Counted from the stretch's first letter, positions 24,505 through 32,627 are shown. The stretch is 44,459 nt of DNA from Patescibacteria group bacterium (GCA_041671645.1 JBAZBD010000002.1:1-44459); one strand, 5' to 3'. Translations and numbers: made by a program. The notes: a model not told the origin generated them from the sequence alone.

Positions 24505-25404
24505 ATGATTATTTTGAAAAATGAGAATTTAGTTCTTGAAATAAACCCGCTTGGTGGTGGCATCGCAAGATTTTATCGAGAAATTGATGGCGAGGTTACC
24601 GAATATATTTATGGTTATCAACGCGAAGAGGACAAAGCAGGATCGATGGGGGACGTTCTTTTCCCTTTCCCTGGTCGAGTTAAAAACTGTAGTTATTCGT
24701 TTGGCGGCCAGAACTATGTCTTATCTGGGCTCAGAATCAAGGACGGTCATGCCAATCACGGATTTGCCAAACAATCTGAATGGAAGGTTGCCAGCTCTAC
24801 TGAGAATGAAGCGTGTCTAGAGTTTGAAATGAGAGCTGAGGAATACAAAGACAGGGGATTCCCTTTCTCTTTGCAATTAGGTCTAACTTACACTTTGAAC
24901 TCGGACGGATTTGTCTGCCAGGCAGAGGTCAAGAATTTCGGCCAACACGAAGCGCCTTTTGGGCTTGGTTTCCATCCTTATTTTAGAGTCGGCGAGGTGA
25001 ATACCTCAAAAATTAATTTGCCAGCGGATAAAATGATTGAATTCCAAAATCTCGAGCCAACTGGAAAATTATTATCAACCGATTCGGCACCTTTCGACCC
25101 ATCCGGCGAAGAATTGCTCGGAGGGTCAGCTGTAGATAATTGTTTTACGGAATTAAATTTTTCCGAGGGCAGGGCCACAACAGAACTAATTTTTGATACT
25201 ACAAAAATATCTGTATGGCAGGACAAGGACTTCCCATATCTCCAAATTTATTCCGCCGATACCTTGGCCGAACCTCACACCAGAAAGGCGATTGCGATCG
25301 AGCCACAGACTTGCACCGGTTTTGCCTTGAACCACCCTGAGATGGGCCTTATCACTTTAGGACCGGGTCAAGGCTGGCAAGGCTCTTGGGGTGTAGATAT
25401 CTAG
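24505..25404 (+). CDS. Aldose 1-epimerase (galactose mutarotase-like) family protein
   Basis: 299 aa. HGFA...W and GFHPYF motifs are present, with length and beta-rich composition typical of the family. Confidence 0.8.
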   Translation: MIILKNENLVLEINPLGGGIARFYREIDGEVTEYIYGYQREEDKAGSMGDVLFPFPGRVKNCSYSFGGQNYVLSGLRIKDGHANHGFAKQSEWKVASSTENEACLEFEMRAEEYKDRGFPFSLQLGLTYTLNSDGFVCQAEVKNFGQHEAPFGLGFHPYFRVGEVNTSKINLPADKMIEFQNLEPTGKLLSTDSAPFDPSGEELLGGSAVDNCFTELNFSEGRATTELIFDTTKISVWQDKDFPYLQIYSADTLAEPHTRKAIAIEPQTCTGFALNHPEMGLITLGPGQGWQGSWGVDI

Positions 25405-25406
25405 GG

Positions 25407-25435
25407 TTGGTGAACGCGTATTACTTTGTTATAAT
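25407..25435 (+). promoter_or_regulatory. Sigma70-type promoter of the ferredoxin gene
   Basis: TTGGTG (25407-25412), a 17-nt spacer, then TATAAT (25430-25435). A GGAAGG SD precedes the ATG at 25468. Confidence 0.45.
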
Positions 25436-25467
25436 TTCCGAAGAGTTATTTAATATGGAAGGACAAA

Positions 25468-25680
25468 ATGGCTGACGAAAAAAAGGTTACGGTTAGCGAC
25501 GCTTGCATTAGTTGTGGGAGTTGCTTGACAGTAAATGATGAAGAAAAGGGTTTGGAATTATTCAGCCTTGAGTCTGGAATATCCGAATTCGTCTACAAGG
25601 GTGAAATCACCGAAGAAATTGAGAAACTGGTTGAGAAGGCTGCTGGCGAGTGTCCAGTCAATGCTATCGAAATCGAATAG
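25468..25680 (+). CDS. Small single-cluster ferredoxin
   Basis: 70 aa with CISCGSC ... CPVNAI, i.e. CxxCxxC...CP cluster ligands. Confidence 0.85.
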   Translation: MADEKKVTVSDACISCGSCLTVNDEEKGLELFSLESGISEFVYKGEITEEIEKLVEKAAGECPVNAIEIE

Positions 25681-25701
25681 TCAAAATTATTTAGAGATAC
25701 G

Positions 25702-25731
25702 AAAAAGAGCCGGCATGACCGGCTCTTTTTC
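25702..25731. terminator. Bidirectional rho-independent terminator
   Basis: AGAGCCGG (25706-25713), CATGA, CCGGCTCT (25719-25726). It is flanked by AAAAA upstream and TTTTT downstream, between convergent genes. Confidence 0.8.
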
Positions 25732-25739
25732 TATGTAGA

Positions 25740-27149
25740 TCATCTATGGATATAAACTGGTGTGCCTATCTCGGTCCAGTTGAAGACCTGTTCTGCCTCA
25801 CCGATACCCAGGCGGACACAGCCATGGGAGACTGGGATACCGAGGTGATCCTGGCCTTCTTTGTACCCGTTGGGCCATTCGGGCAGTTCATGCAAGCCGT
25901 ATACACCGTCTTTGAATTCTTGCCAGAAAGGCATCCAAAGACCGTATGTGTTTGACCAGCGCTTTGGATCTTTGCTACCGATATGAAATGTGCCTTCTGG
26001 TGTAGGCATCGAAGCTTTGCCGGAGGAAATGGTGTGGCAAGAGACGACAGTGTTTGTCTCAATCTGACAAAGCTTTTGAGTTGAGAGATTGACATCAACA
26101 TATTTTCCCTCAAACTTTCCTGGGATGATTCCCTCGGCAGGGTAAATTTTGACCTCTGCTGGATCCTGAGTGGTAACGGCCATCGCGACTATAGCCTTAT
26201 TGTTGATCAATTGATTTTTTAAATCGGTCACCGCCTGATCCTTGTTTAGAGTAATGCCCGCCTTTCCTTCCCGTATTACACCGCCAGAGAGTGCATCAAC
26301 TTGCTTGTCGACTTTTTTGACTTCAAAATTACCTGCGATATTGATGAGATAGGCTTTCACATTGCTTTCGTTGAGTCGAACTTTGTATGCGCCGTTGTCT
26401 GAGTAAAATTCAAGCCAATGGCCGATTTGAGTTTTGGTCGGAGAGTATGAAAGGTCGTTATAGGTGAAGGTAATCGTTTTGGCTAAATATGCTTCAGCAC
26501 TACTTTTCGCGGCCGAGTAATCAAGAGTAGAAATTGTTGGGCTAGCAGGGACAGTCTCGAGCACAATGTCAGGAGCTTGCGCAAGGGCGTTTGTGATAAG
26601 GACATCTTTCAATGTGTCTATCTTCACTTTTTGGCCATTTGCGCTCTCGACGAGTTTGATCTCACCATTTTCGACTTTAATCGAGGCGTCAACCGGGTCA
26701 GAATTTAGCTGGTTGATACTAACCTCGACAAATTTCTGGAATTTGACATCATCGACATAAGGCACCCCAGAGATTTTGTAAGGGGAGTAGACAACCTTGA
26801 CTGAACGAAAAAGGTTGCGGACAAAATTACCCTCTCTCCCGACCTGATATCCTTGCCTCGCAATTTCTATAAAGTCGAGGCTAAGGCCGGTGTCGAGATA
26901 AGTTGCCTTGATCTCTTTGGTATTGGCGACGAACTTGATTTCCTGATTTGTGATCTTGCTAAAGTTGCTCTTTAGGATTACCTCAGCTTGTTTTCTGGTC
27001 TTACCAGACAAATTGATCTCTCCGAAGAAAACATTTGGGTAAATCCGCTCTGCGTAGGCCCGCTGATAGAAAAATAGAGATGCACTAGCGGCCAACAAAA
27101 CGCCTAAGACGACTAGCGCAGAAATGAGCAATTTTTTTCTTGAGTCCAT
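25740..27149 (-). CDS. L,D-transpeptidase (YkuD domain) with N-terminal membrane anchor and long extracytoplasmic region
   Basis: The C-terminal catalytic motif is GIPVSHGCVRL, preceded by GLHELPEWPNG. The N-terminal TM is LLISALVVLGVLLAASASLFF. Confidence 0.9.
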   Translation of the reverse strand: MDSRKKLLISALVVLGVLLAASASLFFYQRAYAERIYPNVFFGEINLSGKTRKQAEVILKSNFSKITNQEIKFVANTKEIKATYLDTGLSLDFIEIARQGYQVGREGNFVRNLFRSVKVVYSPYKISGVPYVDDVKFQKFVEVSINQLNSDPVDASIKVENGEIKLVESANGQKVKIDTLKDVLITNALAQAPDIVLETVPASPTISTLDYSAAKSSAEAYLAKTITFTYNDLSYSPTKTQIGHWLEFYSDNGAYKVRLNESNVKAYLINIAGNFEVKKVDKQVDALSGGVIREGKAGITLNKDQAVTDLKNQLINNKAIVAMAVTTQDPAEVKIYPAEGIIPGKFEGKYVDVNLSTQKLCQIETNTVVSCHTISSGKASMPTPEGTFHIGSKDPKRWSNTYGLWMPFWQEFKDGVYGLHELPEWPNGYKEGQDHLGIPVSHGCVRLGIGEAEQVFNWTEIGTPVYIHR

Positions 27150-27240
27150 TGTAAAATAGTTGTTACTTATAATGTATTAATTATACTGATCTTTCAACGA
27201 TCTAGCAACATGGAATGGGGAATTATTGTAGATGTTAAAC

Positions 27241-27272
27241 AAAAAAGGTCATGCCTCTGCATGATCTTTTTT
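27241..27272 (-). terminator. Rho-independent terminator directly after the tRNA 3' end
   Basis: On the minus strand the stem is GATCATGC / GCATGACC (plus coordinates 27247-27266) followed by TTTTTT (27241-27246). Confidence 0.7.
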
Positions 27273-27316
27273 GTGGTGGGCCCGGCAGGGTTCGAACCTG
27301 CGACCAATCGGTTATG

Positions 27317-27513
27317 CGTGCCAACACGGCTTTCGCCGCCTCTTTCGAGTTTATGGTTTGGACTGTCCCTTTACCCTTTTTGAGGGTATCTGCCGTCCAG
27401 TCTCTACACCTTCCTCCCGAGTTATCGGAAGGCTTGGCTCGGGATTGCCATCGGTTAAGAAGGTTTCCCCGAATTTGACAGATTATCACCCACCAGTTTC
27501 CCGATGGGCAGCC
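27317..27513 (-). ncRNA. Group I (IC3, Azoarcus-like) ribozyme core
   Basis: The minus strand reads GGCUG-CCCAUCGGGAAACUGGUGGG-UGAUAAUCUGUCAAAUUCGGGGAAACC...AUGGCAAUCCCGAGCCAAGCCUUCCGAUAACUCGGGAGGAAGGUGUAGAGACUGGACGGCAGAUA... This parallels the Azoarcus intron strings GUCAAAUUCGGCGAAACC, UAUGGCAACGCCGAGCCAAGC and GAAGGUGUAGAGACUAGACGGCA. The IGS GGCUG (27513-27509) pairs with exon CGGCU, placing a U-G pair at the splice site. Confidence 0.8.
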
Positions 27514-27924
27514 CCTTTAAAAATATGCGTATCCAATGTATAATTCGGTTATGAACGAAATCACTAACTGCATAGTTTGCAAAAAACTGCTGAAGGGCAG
27601 ACAAACAAAATTCTGTTCTGCCATTTGCAAAAGTAAACTATTACAGAGCTATCCGTCGCAAAAGAAGCGTGGCCTTGCCCGAAAGCTTGATTTGATCAAA
27701 GCATTTGGGGGGCGTTGTTCTATTTGCGGTTATAGCCGAAATCTGGCCGTCCTAACATTCCATCATTCTCAATTTGAAAAAAGATTCAAATTAGATATGA
27801 GATCACTTTCGAACAGAAAACTGTCCGAAGTACTATCCGAAGCCAAGAAATGTATACTAGTCTGCCAGAATTGTCATGCTGAATTGCACAACCCAACATT
27901 GGATTTAGCTAATTTATTAAATGA
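27317..27924 (-). mobile_element. Group I intron (608 nt) inserted between U33 and C34 of the tRNA
   Basis: The 5' exon ends in U and the intron ends in G (complement of c27317). The 197-nt ribozyme core lies at the 3' side. A ~410-nt insertion in the P1 loop carries the HNH gene on the opposite strand. Confidence 0.8.
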
Positions 27925-27946
27925 AGCCGACTGCTCTAACCACTGA
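27551..27946 (+). CDS. HNH homing-endonuclease-like protein, encoded antisense to the intron
   Basis: The N-terminal Zn-finger is CIVCKK...FCSAICKS. The HNH core is CSICGYSRNLAVLTFHH...KCILVCQNCHAELH. An alternative ATG lies at 27536. The last 22 nt run antisense through the tRNA 5' exon. Confidence 0.8.
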   Translation: MNEITNCIVCKKLLKGRQTKFCSAICKSKLLQSYPSQKKRGLARKLDLIKAFGGRCSICGYSRNLAVLTFHHSQFEKRFKLDMRSLSNRKLSEVLSEAKKCILVCQNCHAELHNPTLDLANLLNEADCSNH

Positions 27947-28012
27947 GCTACAAGCCCATAAATTCTAGCTGCTGCTCTTCTCAAGAGCCGTACTCAATAT
28001 ATCAATCAATAC

Positions 28013-28034
28013 TCCCTTTTACAAGGGATTTTTT
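28013..28034 (+). terminator. Plus-strand terminator downstream of the HNH gene
   Basis: TCCCTT (28013-28018), TTAC, AAGGGA (28023-28028), then TTTTTT. Confidence 0.5.
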
Positions 28035-28100
28035 ATTCTCCGATATCAAAGACTTATTTAGTAATTTAATTATTGAAAGACAATATTTTTAAAAAAAGAC

Positions 28101-28130
28101 TTGACAAATCGTGCTGTAGTATGATATACT
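28101..28130 (+). promoter_or_regulatory. Sigma70-type promoter with extended -10
   Basis: TTGACA (28101-28106), an 18-nt spacer, then TG-a-TATACT (-10 box at 28125-28130). The ATG follows at 28146. Confidence 0.55.
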
Positions 28131-28145
28131 CATATAATTTCCAAA

Positions 28146-28697
28146 ATGAGTATGAAAAAATCACACCAAAAATTTAAGTACATCCTTCCGACAATTGTCT
28201 TGACACTTGCCGTTTTTCCGCAGTTTGTCTTTGCTTCTGACATTACTTCGCAAAATGTTTTACTTTTAGTGAACAAGGAGAGAATAGATAGGGGCCTTAT
28301 TCCACTCAGAGAAAATCAAAATCTTGCAAATGCCGCCGCTGCAAAATCGACTGATATGATCAATCGAAATTATTTTGATCACTACGCCTTCGGCCTCACG
28401 CCTTGGGATTTTATACTGTCGTATGATTACAATTACCTGTCGGCCGGTGAGAATCTGGCCATGGACTTCGAAACATCAGAAGGTGTTGTCAACGCTTGGA
28501 TGAAATCTTCTTCCCACAGAGCCAATATCCTAAACCCTGATTTCCAAGACCTTGGCGTCGGCGTAGTCAAAGGCGCATATATTACCGAAACGGGGTCTCA
28601 TGAGACCAAAATGGTGACCCAAATGTTTGGTCGCCACAAGTCAGTAATTGTACAAGCCTTCGATGACATTGTCTCGGCTTTCCAAAATATATTCTAA
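28146..28697 (+). CDS. Secreted CAP/SCP/PR1-like (YkwD-type) domain protein
   Basis: It has a signal peptide. Motifs are NKERIDRGLIPL, YFDHY, GENLA and AWMKSSSHRANILNPDFQDLGVGV. Confidence 0.85.
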   Translation: MSMKKSHQKFKYILPTIVLTLAVFPQFVFASDITSQNVLLLVNKERIDRGLIPLRENQNLANAAAAKSTDMINRNYFDHYAFGLTPWDFILSYDYNYLSAGENLAMDFETSEGVVNAWMKSSSHRANILNPDFQDLGVGVVKGAYITETGSHETKMVTQMFGRHKSVIVQAFDDIVSAFQNIF

Positions 28698-28704
28698 ATA
28701 AATT

Positions 28705-28734
28705 AAAACGACTGCTAGGAGGCAGTCGTTTTTC
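28705..28734 (+). terminator. Rho-independent terminator
   Basis: ACGACTGC (28708-28715), TAGGAG, GCAGTCGT (28722-28729), then TTTTT. Confidence 0.8.
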
Positions 28735-29059
28735 TTATTGTGGATAAGTATGATTTTGTACGTCTAGAACTCAAGATATTAGCGTGATTGACTCTTCGCG
28801 AGCTTGCTATATACTTATTATCACGTAAGAGAAAGAAGCGGTTTATGGCGAAAAGTATGAAAAAGTATGACGCTATGGGCCAATTAAGCTGAATTTTCAA
28901 ACGTTTTGGGCCTAAGCATTGGTTTGGGCTATCTCAACAAGTGGATTAATTTATTCTTGCCAGAGGGGTGCAGGGAATTTTTCAGTAAACGAACTATTTC
29001 TTTTTACTCTTTTGAAGGGAAGCAACTTTTTAATATTTAGGTAACTTTGGAGTGGATTT

Positions 29060-31927
29060 ATGAAAAACTTTTTTAAAAAATTTCTAGTTTATATGGTCGC
29101 AACGGTCTTGGTTGTGCCATCCTGGCTAGTCTTAGACCTCCTGACGGTTCAGAAGGCAGGGGCCTTTGAAGCTGCTGATTCGATTGCGAATTACCTTGTG
29201 ATATCGGAAGTGAAAACCACCAGCGGAACTGGACGTACTACCGACGAGTTTGTCGAGATTTACAATCCGACCAATGAAGGTATCGTTATGGCTAAGTGGA
29301 GGCTATCTAAACAGACTGCTTCTGGCGCCGAGAGTAATCTTGTAACTGATCTGAACGGGATGGTACCAGCCATGGGCCATTATTTGATCGCGCACAATGA
29401 CTATACTGGTGCTATTTCACCCGACCAGATATACACAACCTCCAATAGTATCGCTAGCGATAACGCTGTGATTCTGTATTCAGATGCGGGTGACACAATA
29501 GTTGACAAAGTTGGTATCGGTCTAGCAAACAATTTTGAGGGATTGGCCGCGGTAAATCCTGGGGCAAACCAGTCGATTGAACGTAAATCTGGTGCGGCTC
29601 ATGACGAATCACAGGGCAACGGCAGAGACACAGGCGATAATTCTACAGATTTTTTTCTTCAGGCAGTCCCAAATCCAGAGAACTCTTCTAGCGTTATCAA
29701 GAATACCAACACCGGTTTGGCCTATTCTGCAATTCAGTCTGCTCTTACTTCTGCTAGCGCCAGCGATATCTTGTCGGCGATCCCTGGAATCTATGCCGAG
29801 GCTTTGACAATTGACAAATCACTGACGGTCAAAAGTATCGGCTCAAGCTCTGTGTCGGTGAGTTCGATTGATTTAAAATCAACGGGTTTTTCATCTTCAA
29901 CCTTGGGTACGGCTATAGTTAACGTCAGCTCGCCAGCCAAGGTAAGCGAAGGTGTAGCATTAGCGAAAACAGATGGAACAATTAATCTGCTAAGCGCTAG
30001 TTATCCGACAGACAGTCTTACAATCTCTAAATCACTAATTTTTTCTGCGGCAAACCCGATCGTGCTCAGCAGCTTGACATTGGATAAAGACATCCAATCA
30101 AAGAATGTTTCATGGTCAAGTGTCACAGTGAACTCCTCAGCTGACCCAAACTCAGCTTTCGTTCTACTATCTGCGACTGGTTCAATGAAATTGGGTACCG
30201 GTGATTTCAGCGCCAAGAATATTGTACTTGGCGGATTCCCTGAGACGATTTCTATTGATGGCAACTATCACACGGTTCACCAAATTGTGCTGGATCAGAA
30301 ACTAACCATCAGCAAATTGAGTGCAGATCTGATCAGCGTCACACCAAAGGGAAGTATCCAAACGGCTATAGATACGATCTCAAATGAGGGGACAATTACA
30401 GTTGGCAAGGGTGACTACTCTGAGTGCCTTGTTTCGAGCGTGGATAAGGCTTACACAATCACAGGTGAACAGGGCCAGATGCCGGTATTGAATGTAGACG
30501 GCTCGACCAACCCAATTTTCTGGATCAAGGATGGCACTGTTCTCATTAATAATTTGAAGATGATTGATGATTTTGCCCCTACTATATACATTGACGGTGG
30601 CGCCAAACATTCGATCAAAAATAGCGTCATTCTTGGCGACTCTAGGGCGATTCACAATGTTTCTTCTGAGGCAGTCGACGCCGTAGCAAACTATTGGGGG
30701 GTCGGAGGTCCAGAAGCCTTAGGCGTTATTGTCGGGCCAGGCCTCGTGAGATATGCTCCCTGGTATACAGATGAGGGCCTTACTACCTTAAAAATTTCTC
30801 CTACTGTTACTGCTACTGGTTCAGAAATAACAGTAGACACAAAATTAACAACAGAGATTACTACTTCCAATGGGATTGAAGTATCGGTGGAAATTCCATC
30901 AGGTACTAAGATCAACGGCCCGACAAGTTGGGACGGCACAGTTTTGACTGGCAAAACGGCGGAATCAAAAGATGTGGCTATATCAACGCCGGGCAATATT
31001 CCGAGCAACCTCTCTGCTATCGAATTTGGCGCCGAGAGCAAGAGCCTGATTTTCTCAAATCCCATTAAACTTACGATCAAAAATAGCAGTGACAAGCTTA
31101 TCGGTTTTGTCGGCACCGACGGCTTTGTTCCTATAACTACTATTTGCGATAGTTCCAGCGCTCCGACAAATATTGTCGGAAATGGCGAGTGCAAAATCGC
31201 ATTTGGCACAGACCTGATTATCTGGACAAAACATTTCACTAAATTCGTGACCTACTCTGAGACAACCGTTTCGAATCCAATTTTTACCGCAGTTAGCACA
31301 CTGAAATCTGATGGTAATTATTACATTCATGTTGAGTGGAAGGGGACTGGAGCTGATCAGTATCTGGTCAAGGTCAATAACCTTACCCAGGAGACAGTGA
31401 CGGGGACAGCGACTGATGCGTTGATTACGTATTCTCGTGATTATAAGGTTTTGGATAATCAGAAATATTCAGTATTGGTCACCGCAAAAATTGGTCAGAC
31501 CGAATCAGTCAATGGAGTCTCAAAGACGATAGAAACCCCGAAAATTGTCGTGGCTCAGACTGCGGTTACACAAACGATTGTGACTGAGGAAACCACTCCA
31601 AAGATTTCAGTCGCGCCTCAATTCGCAATTGCCGCTCCAGCTCCTGCCGAGACCAAGCCAGCTGTCCAGACTCCAAGCGATGATGACGGCATCATCAAGG
31701 GAGACGAAACTAGCGAGGAGTCACCTAGCACCAATTGGACTCCATGGATCGTCTTGTTCGCTTTGATCCTTCTGGCCGGTGCCGCCACAGGAGGCTACTT
31801 CTACTGGTTTTCTGGCAAAGAAGAAATGGAAAAAGTTGCCAAGGTTCAAGTTAGAGAAAAGACCCAAGTTTCAAAAAAAACGTCCTCAAAGGCCAAAAAG
31901 CCAACCAACAAAAAGAAACGTTGGTAG
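29060..31927 (+). CDS. Large surface protein with an N-terminal lamin-tail domain (LTD), beta-helix-like middle and a C-terminal TM anchor with Lys-rich tail
   Basis: It has a signal peptide. The LTD motif is LVISEVKTT...DEFVEIYNPTNEGIVMAKWRL. The C-terminal TM is WIVLFALILLAGAATGGYFYWF, followed by KKTSSKAKKPTNKKKRW. Confidence 0.85.
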   Translation: MKNFFKKFLVYMVATVLVVPSWLVLDLLTVQKAGAFEAADSIANYLVISEVKTTSGTGRTTDEFVEIYNPTNEGIVMAKWRLSKQTASGAESNLVTDLNGMVPAMGHYLIAHNDYTGAISPDQIYTTSNSIASDNAVILYSDAGDTIVDKVGIGLANNFEGLAAVNPGANQSIERKSGAAHDESQGNGRDTGDNSTDFFLQAVPNPENSSSVIKNTNTGLAYSAIQSALTSASASDILSAIPGIYAEALTIDKSLTVKSIGSSSVSVSSIDLKSTGFSSSTLGTAIVNVSSPAKVSEGVALAKTDGTINLLSASYPTDSLTISKSLIFSAANPIVLSSLTLDKDIQSKNVSWSSVTVNSSADPNSAFVLLSATGSMKLGTGDFSAKNIVLGGFPETISIDGNYHTVHQIVLDQKLTISKLSADLISVTPKGSIQTAIDTISNEGTITVGKGDYSECLVSSVDKAYTITGEQGQMPVLNVDGSTNPIFWIKDGTVLINNLKMIDDFAPTIYIDGGAKHSIKNSVILGDSRAIHNVSSEAVDAVANYWGVGGPEALGVIVGPGLVRYAPWYTDEGLTTLKISPTVTATGSEITVDTKLTTEITTSNGIEVSVEIPSGTKINGPTSWDGTVLTGKTAESKDVAISTPGNIPSNLSAIEFGAESKSLIFSNPIKLTIKNSSDKLIGFVGTDGFVPITTICDSSSAPTNIVGNGECKIAFGTDLIIWTKHFTKFVTYSETTVSNPIFTAVSTLKSDGNYYIHVEWKGTGADQYLVKVNNLTQETVTGTATDALITYSRDYKVLDNQKYSVLVTAKIGQTESVNGVSKTIETPKIVVAQTAVTQTIVTEETTPKISVAPQFAIAAPAPAETKPAVQTPSDDDGIIKGDETSEESPSTNWTPWIVLFALILLAGAATGGYFYWFSGKEEMEKVAKVQVREKTQVSKKTSSKAKKPTNKKKRW

Positions 31928-31947
31928 ACTAAGCTGGCTATACGAAG

Positions 31948-31979
31948 AAATCCTCTGCTTTTTAAGCGGAGGATTTTTC
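31948..31979 (+). terminator. Rho-independent terminator
   Basis: AAATCCTCTGC (31948-31958) pairs with GCGGAGGATTT (31966-31976) with one G-U pair. A TTTT run follows. Confidence 0.8.
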
Positions 31980-32022
31980 GTTATAATAGGATTGTTAGAC
32001 ATAAATAATCGAGGGCAGGGTA

Positions 32023-32415
32023 GTGTTGAAAAAACTAAAAATTTTTGTTGAGCGATTGATCCCAATGTCTATGGGAAGTTTGGTCTTGTTTGTATTTATC
32101 ATCTACCTTCTTTTCGTGGTGACAAAATCAATGACCTCGAATTATTATTCGAACAAAGATATTGAGGCTGAGGAGCAAAAACTGACAAACATGGAGGCTG
32201 AGATCATCAGCTTGAAAAATCAGATAGCTTATTATCACACTGCCACATTCAAGGATAGGGAAGCGAGAGAGAAACTTGGCTACAAGGCGGCTGGCGAGAG
32301 CGTTCTCATCCTGCCGATTGATAAGGAAGAAGAGAAGGCGGCTGACTCTGGACTCACGGACGTGGGAGTTGAGAAGCCAAACTATATCCTCTGGTGGGAA
32401 TATTTCTTTGGCTAA
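32023..32415 (+). CDS. Septum formation initiator (FtsB/DivIC-like) protein
   Basis: It has one TM and a coiled coil (EAEEQKLTNMEAEIISLKNQIAYY), then ...REKLGYKAAGESVLILP, typical of DivIC/FtsB. The GTG start has GAGGG upstream. The start position is uncertain. Confidence 0.7.
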   Translation: MLKKLKIFVERLIPMSMGSLVLFVFIIYLLFVVTKSMTSNYYSNKDIEAEEQKLTNMEAEIISLKNQIAYYHTATFKDREAREKLGYKAAGESVLILPIDKEEEKAADSGLTDVGVEKPNYILWWEYFFG

Positions 32416-32430
32416 TATATCGGCCTTGAC

Positions 32431-32459
32431 TTGAATAAACATTGAAAATTTGGTATTGT
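32431..32459 (+). promoter_or_regulatory. Promoter of the tRNA pair
   Basis: TTGAAT (32431-32436), a 17-nt spacer, then TATTGT (32454-32459) with TGg immediately before it. The tRNA starts at 32473. Confidence 0.45.
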
Positions 32460-32472
32460 TAATCTCGTTTGA

Positions 32473-32549
32473 TGCGGGGTGGAGCAGCCTGGTAGCTCGC
32501 ATGGCTCATAACCATGAGGTCGTTGGTTCAAATCCAACCCCCGCTACCA
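32473..32549 (+). tRNA. Initiator-type tRNA-fMet (CAU), CCA encoded
   Basis: UGCGGGGUGGAGCAGCCUGGUAGCUCGCAUGGCUCAUAACCAUGAGGUCGUUGGUUCAAAUCCAACCCCCGCUACCA is nearly collinear with E. coli tRNA-fMet. The 1:72 pair is U-U and unpaired, an initiator hallmark. Only two of the three G-C pairs in the anticodon stem are present. Confidence 0.85.
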
Positions 32550-32586
32550 AAATATTTTTTCAATTACTACTTTCCAGTTCTCATTT

Positions 32587-32618
32587 AATTGATAATTGAA
32601 AATTGATAATTGAAAATT
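32587..32618 (+). repeat. 14-bp tandem repeat (AATTGATAATTGAA x2.3) in the inter-tRNA spacer
   Basis: The repeat was read directly from the sequence. It is AT-rich, and I can assign no function. Confidence 0.6.
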
Positions 32619-32627
32619 TTTGTTTAT

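Larger units (their letters stand above)
27274..27957 (-). tRNA. Intron-containing tRNA with anticodon CAU. It is not an initiator and is probably tRNA-Ile2 (lysidine) or elongator Met. CCA is encoded.
   Basis: The 5' exon (27957-27925) is GGGCUUGUAGCUCAGUGGUUAGAGCAGUCGGCU. The 3' exon (27316-27274) is CAUAACCGAUUGGUCGCAGGUUCGAACCCUGCCGGGCCCACCA. Joined, they give a 76-nt cloverleaf: acceptor GGGCUUG/CGGGCCC (two G-U pairs), anticodon stem GUCGG/CCGAU, loop CUCAUAA, T-arm GCAGG-UUCGAAC-CCUGC. Confidence 0.85.

Noticed and set aside
27235-27543. ORFs 27235-27489 (-), 27251-27478 (+) and 27271-27543 (+).
   Set aside because: They overlap the tRNA 3' exon and the group I ribozyme core. The RNA explanation accounts for the sequence conservation pattern, and the peptides have no motifs.
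27897-27928. A local P1 candidate for the intron: exon GGCU pairing with AGCU at ~27907-27904, plus an AUUU/AAAU extension.
   Set aside because: It would put a U-A pair rather than the universal U-G wobble at the 5' splice site. The GGCUG guide directly upstream of P2 (27513-27509) gives U-G and matches the Azoarcus arrangement.
27925-27957. Reading the uninterrupted genomic sequence ...GUCGGCUUCAUU... as a tRNA with anticodon UCA (a UGA suppressor or Sec-like tRNA).
   Set aside because: Position 37 would be U. No matching 3' half follows locally. The proper 3' half with a complementary acceptor and anticodon stem lies 608 nt away and gives a clean CAU loop after intron removal.
28715-28900. 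A 61-aa minus-strand ORF in the 360-nt gap before the LTD protein gene.
   Set aside because: It starts in AT-rich spacer and has no SD. Its 3' end overlaps the loop and 3' arm of the CAP-gene terminator, and its peptide is basic low-complexity sequence. The 15-codon ORF at ~28839-28886 was also judged too weak to call.
32587-32618. The 14-bp tandem repeat between the two tRNA genes as a CRISPR-like or regulatory array.
   Set aside because: It has only 2.3 copies, no spacers, and AT-rich low complexity. It is most simply a slippage product in a spacer.
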